Origin: an uncultured Candidatus Rokubacteria bacterium
GTDB lineage: Bacteria > Methylomirabilota > Methylomirabilia > Rokubacteriales > DASRDR01
DNA: 64,000 bases
Assembly: GCA_963708025.1 (NCBI GenBank)
Contig: CAVPSB010000002.1
Location: 32,001-96,000, forward strand
Direction of reading: 5' to 3'
The first letter of the stretch is position 1, and every line of letters begins with the position of its first letter. Made by a program: the position numbers and the translations under genes. Under the pieces are notes generated by a model, which did no database searches, was not told the DNA's origin, and saw only the letters and a program-made list of their open reading frames with translations. This document shows positions 30,109 to 40,271 of this stretch, in pieces.

Positions 30109-31644
30109 ATGGGACGGACGATCGTCATCAATGCGGGGATCAGCGAAACCCGGGTGGCCGTCCTCGACGGCGGCATCCTCACCGACCTGTCGCTCGAGCG
30201 GAAGCGCCACCGCTCCATCGTCGGCAACGTCTACAAGGGAGTCGTCACGAACGTCCTGCCGGGCATGCAGGCTGCGTTCGTGGACATCGGCCTGACCAAG
30301 GACGCCTTCCTCTACGCCGGCGACTTCACCGCCAACGTCGGCGAGTACGAGCGCCTGATGCTCGCCGACGACGAGGCGGACATCGATCTCGGGGAGGGTG
30401 AGGAGCAGGAGCAGCCCCCCGAGCGCGACCGCCGCGAGATCCCGCCGATCGAGGACGTGCTGCGGAAGGGGCAGACGATCCTCGTCCAGGTCTCCAAGGA
30501 GTCTCTGGGGACCAAGGGCGCCCGCATCACGTCGTTCATCAGCCTGCCCGGTCGCTACCTCGTCTACATGCCGCAAGTCTCCCACGTCGGCGTGTCCCGG
30601 CGGATCCGTGACGCCGCCGAGCGGGACCGGCTCCGCCGCCTGATCAAGGCCCTGCGGCCACCCGGCGGCGGCGGGTTCATCATCCGGACCGTCGGGGAGG
30701 GGCGGGGCGAGGAGGAGTTCAAGGCCGACGTCGAGTTCCTGGTCCGCCTCTGGCAGCAGATCCAGGCCCGCTTCGCCCAGGCGGCGCCGCGCTCGGCGCT
30801 CCACGAGGAGGGCGACCTGGTCTTCCGGGTCATCCGGGACCTGTTCACCACCGAGGTCAACGAGATCCTCATCGACGCCGAGGAAGAGTACCGTCGGGGG
30901 CTGGAGTACGCGGAGAGCCTGGTGCCGGCCCTGGCCCATCGGGTCCACCTCTACGAGGGCCGGGACCCGGTCTTCGAGGCGCGCGGGATCGAGAAGGAGA
31001 TCGAGAAGGCGATCCGGCGCAAGGTGTGGCTCAAGTCCGGCGGCTACCTGGTGATCGACCAGACCGAGGCCCTCGTCTCCATCGACGTGAACACCGGCAA
31101 GTACGTCGGCAAGCGGGACTTCGAGGAGACGATCCTCAAGATCAACGTGGAGGCGGTGAACGAGGTCGTCCGGCACATCCGGCTACGCGACCTGGGCGGC
31201 ATCATCATCATCGACTTCATCGACATGGAGCGCGAGGAGCACCGGCAGCAGGTCTTCCGGGCGCTCAAGAAAGCCCTCGGCGAGGACAAGTCGCGGACGA
31301 ACGTCCTCGAGATCTCGGAGCTGGGCATCGTCGAGATGACGCGCAAGCGGGTCCGGCAGGGCCTCCAGTCCTTGCTCATGACCCAGTGCCCGACCTGCAA
31401 GGGGAGCGGCGGCGTGAAGGCGCCGGCCGCGATCACCGCCGAGATCTACCGGAAGATCCAGGCGGCGGTGGCCGACGTGGGCGGCCAGGAGGTCCTGATC
31501 CGGGTGAACCCCGAGATGGCCGCCTACTTCCAGGACGAGGAAGGCGAGGGGCTCGAGCTCCTCCAGCGCCGGATCCAGCGCAAGGTGACCATCCAGGCGG
31601 TGCAGGCCCTTCACAAGGACGAGTACGAGATCATCACGCGCTAG
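30109..31644 (+). CDS. rng: Ribonuclease E/G family (RNase G-sized)
   Basis: GNVYKG, PGMQAAFVDIG, IDVNTG, RLRDLGGIIIIDFIDM, CPTC. Confidence 0.92.
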   Translation: MGRTIVINAGISETRVAVLDGGILTDLSLERKRHRSIVGNVYKGVVTNVLPGMQAAFVDIGLTKDAFLYAGDFTANVGEYERLMLADDEADIDLGEGEEQEQPPERDRREIPPIEDVLRKGQTILVQVSKESLGTKGARITSFISLPGRYLVYMPQVSHVGVSRRIRDAAERDRLRRLIKALRPPGGGGFIIRTVGEGRGEEEFKADVEFLVRLWQQIQARFAQAAPRSALHEEGDLVFRVIRDLFTTEVNEILIDAEEEYRRGLEYAESLVPALAHRVHLYEGRDPVFEARGIEKEIEKAIRRKVWLKSGGYLVIDQTEALVSIDVNTGKYVGKRDFEETILKINVEAVNEVVRHIRLRDLGGIIIIDFIDMEREEHRQQVFRALKKALGEDKSRTNVLEISELGIVEMTRKRVRQGLQSLLMTQCPTCKGSGGVKAPAAITAEIYRKIQAAVADVGGQEVLIRVNPEMAAYFQDEEGEGLELLQRRIQRKVTIQAVQALHKDEYEIITR

Positions 31645-31747
31645 TGCCGTTCCAACTGCATGAGCCAAAATGGGCAAGCGATTCTTGAAGCACGGACGTG
31701 CCCCCTTCCTCGAAAGCACTAGCTGGAACAAGTTGGAACGGCGCTAG
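31641..31747. mobile_element. 107-bp MITE-like element with terminal inverted repeats at the rng stop codon
   Basis: CTAGTGCCGTTCCAACT ... AGTTGGAACGGCGCTAG (16/17 inverted match), CTAG at both ends, lower-GC interior. Confidence 0.8.
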
Positions 31748-31822
31748 TCTTTTCGGGGGGTCTCGGAAGAACCCCCCCGAGGCCCCCCTCGGTTGCGGCG
31801 GCGGAGCCGCCGCTCGGAAGCC
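31744..31822 (+). repeat. Repeat family B copy
   Basis: CTAG-tcttttcggggggtctcggaagaacccccccgaggcccccc...gcggcggcggagccgccgctcgga. Confidence 0.75.
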
Positions 31823-31893
31823 CTCGCCGCCATGCTCTTGGCCACCATTCGGGGTGGATCCATAGGCTGGACCCGGGGTGGGCTGCCGCGCGT

Positions 31894-31936
31894 TTGACAG
31901 CGCGGCGATCGGGGGTATGATACCCCCCGAGGGTAT
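31894..31936 (+). promoter_or_regulatory. Copper operon promoter with CsoR operator
   Basis: TTGACA, N16, TATGAT; ATACCC-N5-GGGTAT palindrome (31920-31936) with the C/G tracts typical of CsoR/RcnR boxes. Confidence 0.85.
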
Positions 31937-31939
31937 CCG

Positions 31940-32242
31940 ATGCCACCCGCCCACCTGAACCCGATGGATGCGGACGCCAAGGCGACCTTGCTGCGGCGGC
32001 TCAAGCGCGTCGAGGGTCAGATCCGCGGCCTCCAGCGGATGGTCGAGACCGAGGCCTACTGCGTCGACATCCTCCACCAGGTGGCGGCGGCCCGGGCCGC
32101 ACTCCACGAGGTGGGCCGCGCGCTCGTGGGCGGGCACGTCGAGCGGTGCGTCGTGGACGCGGTCCGATCCGGGAGCCGCCGCGACCGCGAGCGCAAGGTC
32201 GCCGAGCTGCTGCGGGTCCTCTCGCAGCTCGACGGGGGCTGA
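31940..32242 (+). CDS. csoR: Copper-sensing repressor CsoR (start may be ATG 31964)
   Basis: [28 protein letters not shown] (Cys-His-Cys ligands). Confidence 0.93.
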   Translation: MPPAHLNPMDADAKATLLRRLKRVEGQIRGLQRMVETEAYCVDILHQVAAARAALHEVGRALVGGHVERCVVDAVRSGSRRDRERKVAELLRVLSQLDGG

Positions 32243-32343
32243 TGGGCATCCTGTTCGTGACCGGGGTGATGAGCCTCCTGCTGGCGCTCGTCGGGGGCGG
32301 CCTCGTGGTGCTGGCCCGGGCGGCCGGGCTGGCGGGTCGCTGA
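32242..32343 (+). CDS. 33-aa single-TM small protein
   Basis: [38 protein letters not shown] overlap with csoR; ends 2 nt before the copA ATG. Confidence 0.65.
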   Translation: MGILFVTGVMSLLLALVGGGLVVLARAAGLAGR

Positions 32344-32345
32344 CG

Positions 32346-34817
32346 ATGGCCGCCGAGACCCGGTCGACCGTTGATCTCCCGCTCCGCGGGATGAGCTGCG
32401 CCGCCTGCGCGGCCCGGATCGAGCAGGGGCTGGCGACCCTCCCCGGCGTGACGAGTGCCGCGGTCAACTTCGCGGCGGAGCGGGCCACCGTGAGCTTCGA
32501 TCCCGCCGCCGTCCACGTGGACCGGCTGATCGGCCGGGTCACCGAGCTGGGCTACGAGGTCCCGCTGGCCCGGCTGACGCTCCCGGTGACCGGGATGAGC
32601 TGCGCCGCCTGCGTCGGCCGGGTCGAGAGCGCGCTGCGCCGGGTGCCGGGGGTCACCGAGGCGTCGGTGAACCTTGCCACCGAGCGAGCCCGCGTGGTCT
32701 TCCCGGAGGGACGCGTCGCGTTGGCCGACCTCCGGCGGGCCGTGCGGGCGGCGGGGTACGACATCCCCGAGAGCGCGGAAGACGCCGCGGCCGCCACGGC
32801 GCCGGACCGCGAGCAGGCGGCGCGCGCCCGGGAGATCGGCCGGCTCCGGCTCAAAGTGATCGTCGGCGCTGCCCTCACGGTCCCGGTGCTGCTCGGCAGC
32901 TTCCCGCAGCTCTTTCCGTGGGTGCCGGTGGTCCTGGTCGACCCCTGGGTGCAGCTCCTCCTCACGCTCCCCATCCAGGCCTGGGTGGGCTGGGGCTTCC
33001 ATCGTGGCGCCCTCACCGCGCTCCGGCACGGCGCGGCCGACATGAACACGCTGGTCTCGCTGGGGACCAACGCCGCCTTCGCCTTCAGCGTGGCGGTGAC
33101 CGTGTGGCCCCACGCGCTGATGGCCGCCGGCGGCATGCCCTACTACGACACGGCGGCGGTCCTCATGACGCTGATCGTGCTCGGGCGCTACCTGGAGGCG
33201 CGGGCGAAGGGGAAGGCCTCCGCGGCCATCCGCGCCCTCCTCCACCTGGCGCCCCGGACCGCCCGGGTCGTCCGCGAGGGACGCGAGCTCGACGTACCGA
33301 TCGAGGACGTCGTCCCCGGCGACCTCGTCCGCGTGCGGCCGGGCGAGAAGGTCCCGGTGGACGGCGAGGTGGTCGAGGGCCGCTCGACGCTCGACGAGTC
33401 GATGCTGACCGGCGAGAGCCTCCCGGTGGCGAAGGGGCCGGGCGACCGGGTGATCGGGGCCACGCTCAACCGGACTGGCGGCTTCACCCTCCGGGCGCAG
33501 CGGGTCGGCCGCGACACCGTGCTCGCCCAGATCATCCGGCTGGTCGAGGCGGCGCAGGGCTCGAAAGCCCCGATCCAGCGCCTGGCCGACCGGGTGGCGG
33601 CGGTCTTCGTTCCGATCGTCCTGGTGCTGGCCGGTCTCACGTTCGCCGGGTGGTGGCTCGCGGGCCCGGCGCCGGCGCTCCTGTTCGCGCTCTCCAACGC
33701 GGTCGCGGTGCTGGTCATCGCCTGTCCCTGCGCGATGGGCCTGGCCACGCCGACCGCGATCATGGTGGGCACCGCCGCCGCCGCCGAGCACGGCATCGTG
33801 GTGAAGAGCGCGGGCGCGCTGGAGCTGCTCCACCGCGTGCGGACGATTGTCCTCGACAAGACCGGGACGCTGACCCGGGGCCGTCCCGAGGTCACCGACG
33901 TCCTCCCGCGGGACGGCACGACGGCGGCCGATCTCCTCCGGTGGGCCGCCGGGGTCGAGCGCGGCTCCGAGCACCCGCTGGCCGAGGCGATCCTGGCCCG
34001 TGCCGCCGCCGACGGCGTGACCCCGGCCGGGGCCGAGGACTTCGAGGCGCTGCCCGGACACGGGGTGACGGCGCGGGTCGAGGGCCGGCCGGTGGTGCTG
34101 GGTCACGCGCGGCTGATGACCGATCGGGGGCTCGCGCTCGACGCCCTGGCCAAGGAGGCGGAGCGGCTCGAGGCCGAGGGCAAGACCGCGGTGTTCGTCG
34201 CCGTGGAGGGCGAGGTCCGGGGCCTGGTCGCGGTCGCCGACGTCCTGAAGCCGGAGGCGGCGGCGACGGTGGCCGCGCTCCGCCGGCTCGGGATCGAGGT
34301 GCTGATGCTCACGGGCGACGCTCGCCGGACGGCGGAGGCGATCGGTCGCCAGGCCGGGGTCGATCGCGTGCTGGCCGAGGTGCTGCCCGAGGGCAAGGCG
34401 ACGGAGGTCGAGCGGCTCCAGGCCGACGGCCGGCTGGTGGCCATGGTGGGCGACGGGATCAACGACGCGCCGGCGCTCGCCCGGGCCGACGTCGGGATCG
34501 CGATGGGCTCGGGAACCGACGTGGCGCTGGAGGCGGCCGACGTGACCCTCCTCTCGGGCGACCTTCGGGCCGTCGTCGCCGCGATCGCGCTCTCGCGGGC
34601 GACGCTCCGCGTGATCAAGCAGAACCTCGGCTGGGCGTTCGGCTACAACCTCCTGCTGCTCCCGGTGGCCGCGGGCCTGCTCTACCCTCTGCTGGGCGAG
34701 GCCGGACTGCTCTCGCCGATCTACGCGGGGGCCGCCATGGCGCTCTCCAGCGTGTCCGTCGTCACGAACTCGCTGCGGCTCCGGCGGTTCCGGGCGCCGG
34801 CCGCCCGGCCGGCATGA
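32346..34817 (+). CDS. copA: Cu(I)-translocating P1B-type ATPase
   Basis: Two GMSCAAC HMA domains; [27 protein letters not shown] and MxxSS. Confidence 0.96.
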   Translation: MAAETRSTVDLPLRGMSCAACAARIEQGLATLPGVTSAAVNFAAERATVSFDPAAVHVDRLIGRVTELGYEVPLARLTLPVTGMSCAACVGRVESALRRVPGVTEASVNLATERARVVFPEGRVALADLRRAVRAAGYDIPESAEDAAAATAPDREQAARAREIGRLRLKVIVGAALTVPVLLGSFPQLFPWVPVVLVDPWVQLLLTLPIQAWVGWGFHRGALTALRHGAADMNTLVSLGTNAAFAFSVAVTVWPHALMAAGGMPYYDTAAVLMTLIVLGRYLEARAKGKASAAIRALLHLAPRTARVVREGRELDVPIEDVVPGDLVRVRPGEKVPVDGEVVEGRSTLDESMLTGESLPVAKGPGDRVIGATLNRTGGFTLRAQRVGRDTVLAQIIRLVEAAQGSKAPIQRLADRVAAVFVPIVLVLAGLTFAGWWLAGPAPALLFALSNAVAVLVIACPCAMGLATPTAIMVGTAAAAEHGIVVKSAGALELLHRVRTIVLDKTGTLTRGRPEVTDVLPRDGTTAADLLRWAAGVERGSEHPLAEAILARAAADGVTPAGAEDFEALPGHGVTARVEGRPVVLGHARLMTDRGLALDALAKEAERLEAEGKTAVFVAVEGEVRGLVAVADVLKPEAAATVAALRRLGIEVLMLTGDARRTAEAIGRQAGVDRVLAEVLPEGKATEVERLQADGRLVAMVGDGINDAPALARADVGIAMGSGTDVALEAADVTLLSGDLRAVVAAIALSRATLRVIKQNLGWAFGYNLLLLPVAAGLLYPLLGEAGLLSPIYAGAAMALSSVSVVTNSLRLRRFRAPAARPA

Positions 34818-36401
34818 CGGCGGCGCTGGTCCGCGCCCTGCTGGTCGCGCTCGCCCTCACCCCGGCCGTCGTCGCCGACGCGTCCCACGTCGTCTACGAC
34901 GACTCGCTGCGCGGCCAGGTCACGCTGGCCCCGGTGGTGGCCGGCGGGGCCGGCGCCCCCGTGCGGGTCGAGGTCCGCTTCCCCGACGGCGCCCCGGCCT
35001 CGGGGCTCGCCGTGCGGGCCGAGGTGTTCCACGGCTTCGCCCGCCGGGTCGCGGTGGCGTTCCTCCCCGATGGTCCGGGCGGGTACGCCGCTCGCCTGCC
35101 GGTGGACGGCGCGGACGGGCTCTGGCAGGGGGTGATCCGCGTCGAAGGTGGGCGCCGCCCCCTCGTCGCCGACATCGCCTTCATTGTGCGGCGCGAGCTC
35201 GAGGCCGACGTCGCCGTGCTCCGGCGCCCGATGGGCTTCCGGCCGGCGGGGGTGTACACCTCGCCGCCCTGGGTCGATCACCTGGTGTGGGCCGGCGTCC
35301 TCGGCATCATGCTGGGCTGCGCGCTGGTCGTCTCCGTGCGGTGGCCGCCGCTGCGCCCGCCATCCTCCGTGCTCCAGCTCCCCGCGTGGGCGACCGCGAT
35401 CGGCGTGGCCGGGGCCCTGGCCGGCGCCGTCGGCGCGTACTGGGACGTCGCCTGGCACGTGGACCAGGGCCGCGAGACATTCTGGAGTCCGCCCCACCTG
35501 CTCCTCTACGGCGGCATCCTCTCGGTCGTGGCGTCGATCGGGCTCGCCCTCCTCCTGGCCCCCGGCGCCTCCCGGCGCGCGGCGCTCCGGCACCGCGGGC
35601 TCCGCTTCGCCGCGATCGCGGGCGCGGCGACGCTCCTGTCGGCGCCGTTCGACGAGGGGTGGCATCGCCTCTTCGGGCTCGACGTCTCGATCTGGTCGCC
35701 CCCCCACCTCGTGCTGCTCTTCGGGTCGGCGCTGGCGATCCTGAGCCTGGCCCTCCTTAACTGTCCGACAGGGGGGGAGTCCCAACGCACTCCCCCCCTG
35801 GACCCCCCCACCTGGGGGTCGGACGGCCCACGGTCACCCGTTCGCGCTCGTGCTCATGGGCGCCGTCGCGCTCCTGATCGTGAACATTTTCGTGCTGGAG
35901 TTCGAGTTCCCGAGCCTCGAGGGCTGGCACGTTCTCCTGGCGCGACCCCGCGGGCTCTACCCGCTGTTCACGACGGTGCTGGCCCTGCTCGTGCTCGGCA
36001 GCGTGGCGCGGGCGGGCGGGCGCTTCGCGGCCACGCAGGCGGCGGCCGCCGCCTGGCTCCTGCGCGCGGCCCTCGGGGTCGCGCTGCTCCCGGCGCTCGG
36101 CCGGAGCGCGCCGCTCTGGCCGCCGCTCTACGTCCTGCCCGCGCTGGCGCTCGACCTCGCGCTGGCGGCGGCGCCGGCGGCCTGGTCGCTCCGGCGGCGC
36201 TACCTGGTGGGCGGGCTGGCGGCGACCGCGGTGGCCTACCTCGGGCACAACGGCGTGGCCGCCCTGCTGCCGGCCCGCGGCGTCCCTCCCGCCGAGCTGT
36301 GGGCCTGGTTCCCGCTCGCGCTCCTCGCCGGCGCCGCCGCCGCGCTGCTGGGGCTCCGCATCGGGATGCTGGCACGGCCCGAAGCCGGGACGCCGGCGTG
36401 A
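34814..36401 (+). CDS. Uncharacterised membrane protein (exported N-terminal domain plus duplicated DxxWH...PPH TM domain), interrupted by a hairpin insertion and a +1 shift near 35760-35830
   Basis: ATGA overlap with cop[20 protein letters not shown] and [20 protein letters not shown]. The hydrophobic continuation is in the frame of ORF 35850-36401. Confidence 0.7.
35761..35826. repeat. Palindromic insertion inside a CDS
   Basis: ctgtccgac...gtcggacgg outer arms; inner cagggggggagt/actccccccctg and gaccccc/gggggtc hairpins. Confidence 0.7.
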
Positions 36402-37925
36402 GCACCGTCCCGCTCGGTGGCGCCCTGAGCCTCGACGACGTCGTCGGGGTCGCGCGCGCCGGCTGGCCCCTCACGCTTCCCGACGAGGCGGAGCGGCGCG
36501 TGGGCCGCGGGCGGGCCTTCGTGGACCGGCTGGCCGACGGCGACGCGCTCGTCTACGGGATCACGACCGGCGTCGGGAAGCTGAAGGACGTCCGCATCCC
36601 GCCCGACGAGCGGCGCGCGCTTCAGCTCAACCTCCTGCGAAGCCACGCCGGCGGGCTCGGTCCCACGATGTCGGCGGCGGAGACGCGCGCCATGTGGTGC
36701 TGCCTCGCCGGGTCGCTCGCGCGCGGGCACTCCGGGGTCCGCCCCGCCGTCGTGCGGCTCCTCGTCGAGTGCCTGAATCGCGGCGTCACCCCGGTGGTGC
36801 CGGAGTGGGGCTCGCTCGGCGCCTCGGGCGACCTGATCCCGCTGGCGCACGCGGCGCTCGTCCTGGTCGGCGAGGGGGAGGCGTGGCACGACGGCCGGCG
36901 CCTGTCGGGAGCCGCCGCGCTCGCTGCGGCGGGCCTCAGCCCGCTCGTCCTCGAGACCAAGGAGGGCCTGGCCCTCCTGAACGGCACCCACCAGATGGCG
37001 GGCGTCGGGGCGCTTCTCCTCGCGGACGCGGTCGCCACGGCGCAGCTCGCCGACGTCACGGGATGCATGAGCCTGGAGGCGCTCATGGGGACCAACTCCG
37101 CGGCCGACCCGCGGATCCACGCTCTGCGGGCCCATCCCGGCCAGGTGGCGGCGGCCGCCAACGTTCGCCGGCTCACCGCCGAGAGCGAGATCATCGCCTC
37201 CCACGCCGACTGCCACCGCGTCCAGGACGCCTACAGTCTGCGCTGCCTGCCCCAGGTCCACGGCGCGACCCGCGAGGCGTGCAGCGTTCGCCCGCTCGAT
37301 CCTCGCCCGGGAACTGGCGAGCGTGACCGACAACCCGCTGGTCTTCGCGGACGACGAGCAGGTCCTCACCGGGGGCAACTTCCACGGCCAGCCGATCGCC
37401 CTCGCGTTCGATGCCCTCGCGCTCGCGCTCGGCTACCTGGCCGGCATCGCCGAGCGACGGATCGACCGGCTGGTCAACCCGCTGGTCTCGGAGCTGCCGG
37501 CCTTCCTCGCCGCCGACCCCGGGCTCGAGTCCGGCTACATGCTCGCCCAGGTCCAGGCGGCGGCGCTTGCCTCGGAGGTCAAGGTGCTCGCCCATCCGGC
37601 CTCGGCCGACTCGATCCCGACGTCCGGGAACCAGGAAGATTTCGTCCCGATGGGGGCGGCGGCGGTCCGGAAGTGCCGGGAGGTGCTGCAGCGGGTCCGC
37701 GCCGTGCTGGCGATCGAGGCGGTGTGCGCGGCCCAGGCCCTGGATTGCCGGGCCCCCCTCCGTCCCGGGCGGGGAAGCGCCGCCGCCCACGCCGCGCTGC
37801 GGCGCCGCGTCCCGCGCCTCGCCGGCGACCGCGTCATCCGCGACGACTTCACCGCCGCCCTCGCGCCGATCGAGGACGGCAGCCTCCTCGCCGCCGTCGA
37901 GGCGGCCGCCGGACCCCTGGACTGA
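36398..37925 (+). CDS. hutH: Histidine ammonia-lyase, frameshifted near 37275-37320
   Basis: VYGITTGVG, NLLRSH, MIO motif GASGDL and VQDAYSLRC in one frame; TDNPL, GGNFHG and NQEDFVPMG in the next. Confidence 0.9.
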
Positions 37926-37990
37926 CGGCGCTTGGATTGATGGACTGGCCTCACTCCCGTTCGCCGATGACCCGGAGGGGATTCGTGCCA

Positions 37991-38383
37991 ATGAACATGC
38001 AGCGAGTCGCCGCGGCGATTACCGGGACCAATCTGGTGCTCCTGTTCGCCATCCTGGTGCAGGGAGGGCCGACGGCGGCGCAGACCGGCGCTCCGATTCT
38101 CCGCGGGCGTGCGCTGGAGCTGGTGGACGATCGCGGGCAGGTCCGCTCACGACTCGATGTGGAGTCGGACGGCGAAGTGGTCCTCCGGCTTCTCGACAGG
38201 AACGGGACCATTCGCGTCAAGCTGGGCGCCGGCGAGGGCGGCTCCGGGCTGCTCCTGCTCGACGAGGCGACGCAGCCCGGTGTCCAGATCATCGCGAGAC
38301 GGACCGGCGCGGCCGAGCGGCCGACCACCACCAGCGTCACGCTGACGGGGGTGGATGGCCAGCAACGAGTGATCAAGCCGTAG
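37991..38383 (+). CDS. Hypothetical exported protein
   Basis: N-terminal hydrophobic segment; repeated L-x-L-x-D-xx-G-xx-R units; GGAGGG upstream. Confidence 0.65.
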   Translation: MNMQRVAAAITGTNLVLLFAILVQGGPTAAQTGAPILRGRALELVDDRGQVRSRLDVESDGEVVLRLLDRNGTIRVKLGAGEGGSGLLLLDEATQPGVQIIARRTGAAERPTTTSVTLTGVDGQQRVIKP

Positions 38384-38412
38384 CGTTCCGGCGCTCACGC
38401 CGATCAGGGGAC

Positions 38413-38892
38413 ATGGACAAGGTCTTCTGGCTCCTTCCGGGGAGACTGGCCGGCCGCCCGGGGCCGGATCGGGAGCCCTGGGACCTCGGCTCGCTGCGCG
38501 AGGGCGGCATCGAGGCGATCCTGTCCGTGAACGATGGGCTCGCGTGCCATCTCGACGACTTCGCCGCGTTCGGCATCGCGTACGCCCGCGTGTCCCTGTC
38601 TCCCAATGCGCCGCCCCAGCCCGGCGACGACGAGGTCTGTCTGGGCGCACTGCCGCGGGCCTACGCGTTCGTGCAGGCGCAGATCGCCGAGGGGCGCGGG
38701 GTCCTCGTGCACTGCTCGTCGGGCAAGGATCGGACGGGCCTCTTCCTCTGCTATTTCCTGATGCGCCAGGCAGACCTGTCCCCCGTGGATGCGATCGAAG
38801 CGGTGCGTCGAGTGCGACCGATCGCCCTGAGCGCCGTCGGCTGGGAGGAGTTTGCCGTGCGGGTGCTGGCGTCCGCGGACTCACGCCTCTGA
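38413..38892 (+). CDS. Dual-specificity/tyrosine protein phosphatase family
   Basis: VHCSSGKDRTG (HCx5R). Confidence 0.88.
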   Translation: MDKVFWLLPGRLAGRPGPDREPWDLGSLREGGIEAILSVNDGLACHLDDFAAFGIAYARVSLSPNAPPQPGDDEVCLGALPRAYAFVQAQIAEGRGVLVHCSSGKDRTGLFLCYFLMRQADLSPVDAIEAVRRVRPIALSAVGWEEFAVRVLASADSRL

Positions 38893-39260
38893 GCCCCGCG
38901 TGAGAAAAGCCGACGCCCCGGGGGGGCCGGGGCGCCGGTGACCTGCCCGGTTTGCCGCGTGGTCGGGAACGCGTCAACGCGGGCAGGCGTTGCGGCCACG
39001 AACAGGAGCAACCGCCGTGCCGAGCGCGCTGCCGCCACCGGACCTCGGCGCGGCGCGCACTTGGCGATGGCCCTCCCGGCCGAGGCGCCGGCGAGCGGAT
39101 GGGCATCTGCCCCGCGAGGGGAAAAGCCCTCGAGTCGGTCGGAGCCGGGTGTCCAGAGCCTCGCGTGCGCTATACTGGGACCGCTCGCCGATCGGCCTCC
39201 CGCCGCCGGCCCCGATTGGGGACGCGATCGCAGCTTCGGCCACGAACGAGGACTCGGCTC

Positions 39261-40265
39261 ATGACGTTGCCCGTCGGCAAGCTCCGGGGAAGCTTCCTCG
39301 CGAGCCTCTTCGATAAACACGTCATCCTCGACCAGCGGGTCGTCCTCGGCCCCCGGGTCGGCGAGGATGCCGCCGTCATCGACATGGGCGACCGGTATCT
39401 GGTGGCCACGACCGATCCGATCACCTTCGTGACCGAAGACCTCGGCTGGTACGCGCTGGTGGTCAACGCCAACGACGTCGCCGTCCGTGGGGCGGCGCCC
39501 CGCTGGTTCCTGGCCACCTGCCTCCTGCCCGAGGGTGGCGCGAGCGAGGAGTCGGTCGAGGCGCTGTTCGCCCAGCTCGGCGCCGCCTGTCGCGAGCTGG
39601 GCGTCTCGCTGGTCGGTGGCCACACCGAGGTCACTCACGGCCTCGATCGGCCGCTGGTGATCGGGACGATGCTCGGCGAGGTCGGCCGGGACCGGCTGGT
39701 GACCACGAGCGGCGCCCGGGCCGGCGACGCGCTGCTCCTCACCAAGGGCATCCCGCTCGAGGGGACCTCGATCATCGCCCGGGCCCGGGCCGCCGAGCTC
39801 CGGGCCCGGGGTCACGCCGAGGCGCTCCTGGTCAGGGCTCGGGGCTACCTCACGAAGCTGAGCGTCGTCCCCGAGGCGCTTCTCGCCGTCGAGCTGGCAC
39901 CGGTCCACGCCATGCACGACCCGACCGAGGGTGGTCTCGCCACCGCGCTGTGGGAGCTGGCGGAGGCGGCCGGGGTCGGGCTCGCGGTGGAGGCCGAGCG
40001 GATCCCCGTCCTTCCCGAGGGTCGCGCGCTGTGCGCCGAGTACGGACTCGACCCGCTCGGCACGATCGCCTCCGGCTCGCTCCTGCTCGCGCTGGCGCCC
40101 TCCGACGCGGGGGTGGTATTGCACGCGTGCGCGCGCGACGGCATCGACTGCGCGTACATCGGGCGCGTCCAGCCGCGGGAGTCGGGCGCGACCATCGTGG
40201 TCGGCGGTCGGGCCCGCGAGCTGCCGCAGTTCTCCCAGGACGAGATCACCCGCCTGTTCGCCTGA
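39261..40265 (+). CDS. AIR synthase-related (PurM/HypE/ThiL-like) protein
   Basis: GPRVGEDAAVI, TDPITF, NANDVA, GGHTEVT, MHDPTEGG. Confidence 0.85.
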   Translation: MTLPVGKLRGSFLASLFDKHVILDQRVVLGPRVGEDAAVIDMGDRYLVATTDPITFVTEDLGWYALVVNANDVAVRGAAPRWFLATCLLPEGGASEESVEALFAQLGAACRELGVSLVGGHTEVTHGLDRPLVIGTMLGEVGRDRLVTTSGARAGDALLLTKGIPLEGTSIIARARAAELRARGHAEALLVRARGYLTKLSVVPEALLAVELAPVHAMHDPTEGGLATALWELAEAAGVGLAVEAERIPVLPEGRALCAEYGLDPLGTIASGSLLLALAPSDAGVVLHACARDGIDCAYIGRVQPRESGATIVVGGRARELPQFSQDEITRLFA

Positions 40266-40271
40266 GCCGCG

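Noticed and set aside
32918-38383. 1821-aa giant ORF
   Set aside because: It is a stop-poor GC-rich frame that strings together an off-frame copA shadow, parts of two frameshifted genes and a small gene.
39100-39140. c-di-GMP-I riboswitch-like segment (cccc-gcga-gggg, aaaagcc)
   Set aside because: It lacks the GGCAAAC and GACGCAAAGC core, and lies upstream of the likely -10 (TATACT 39171).
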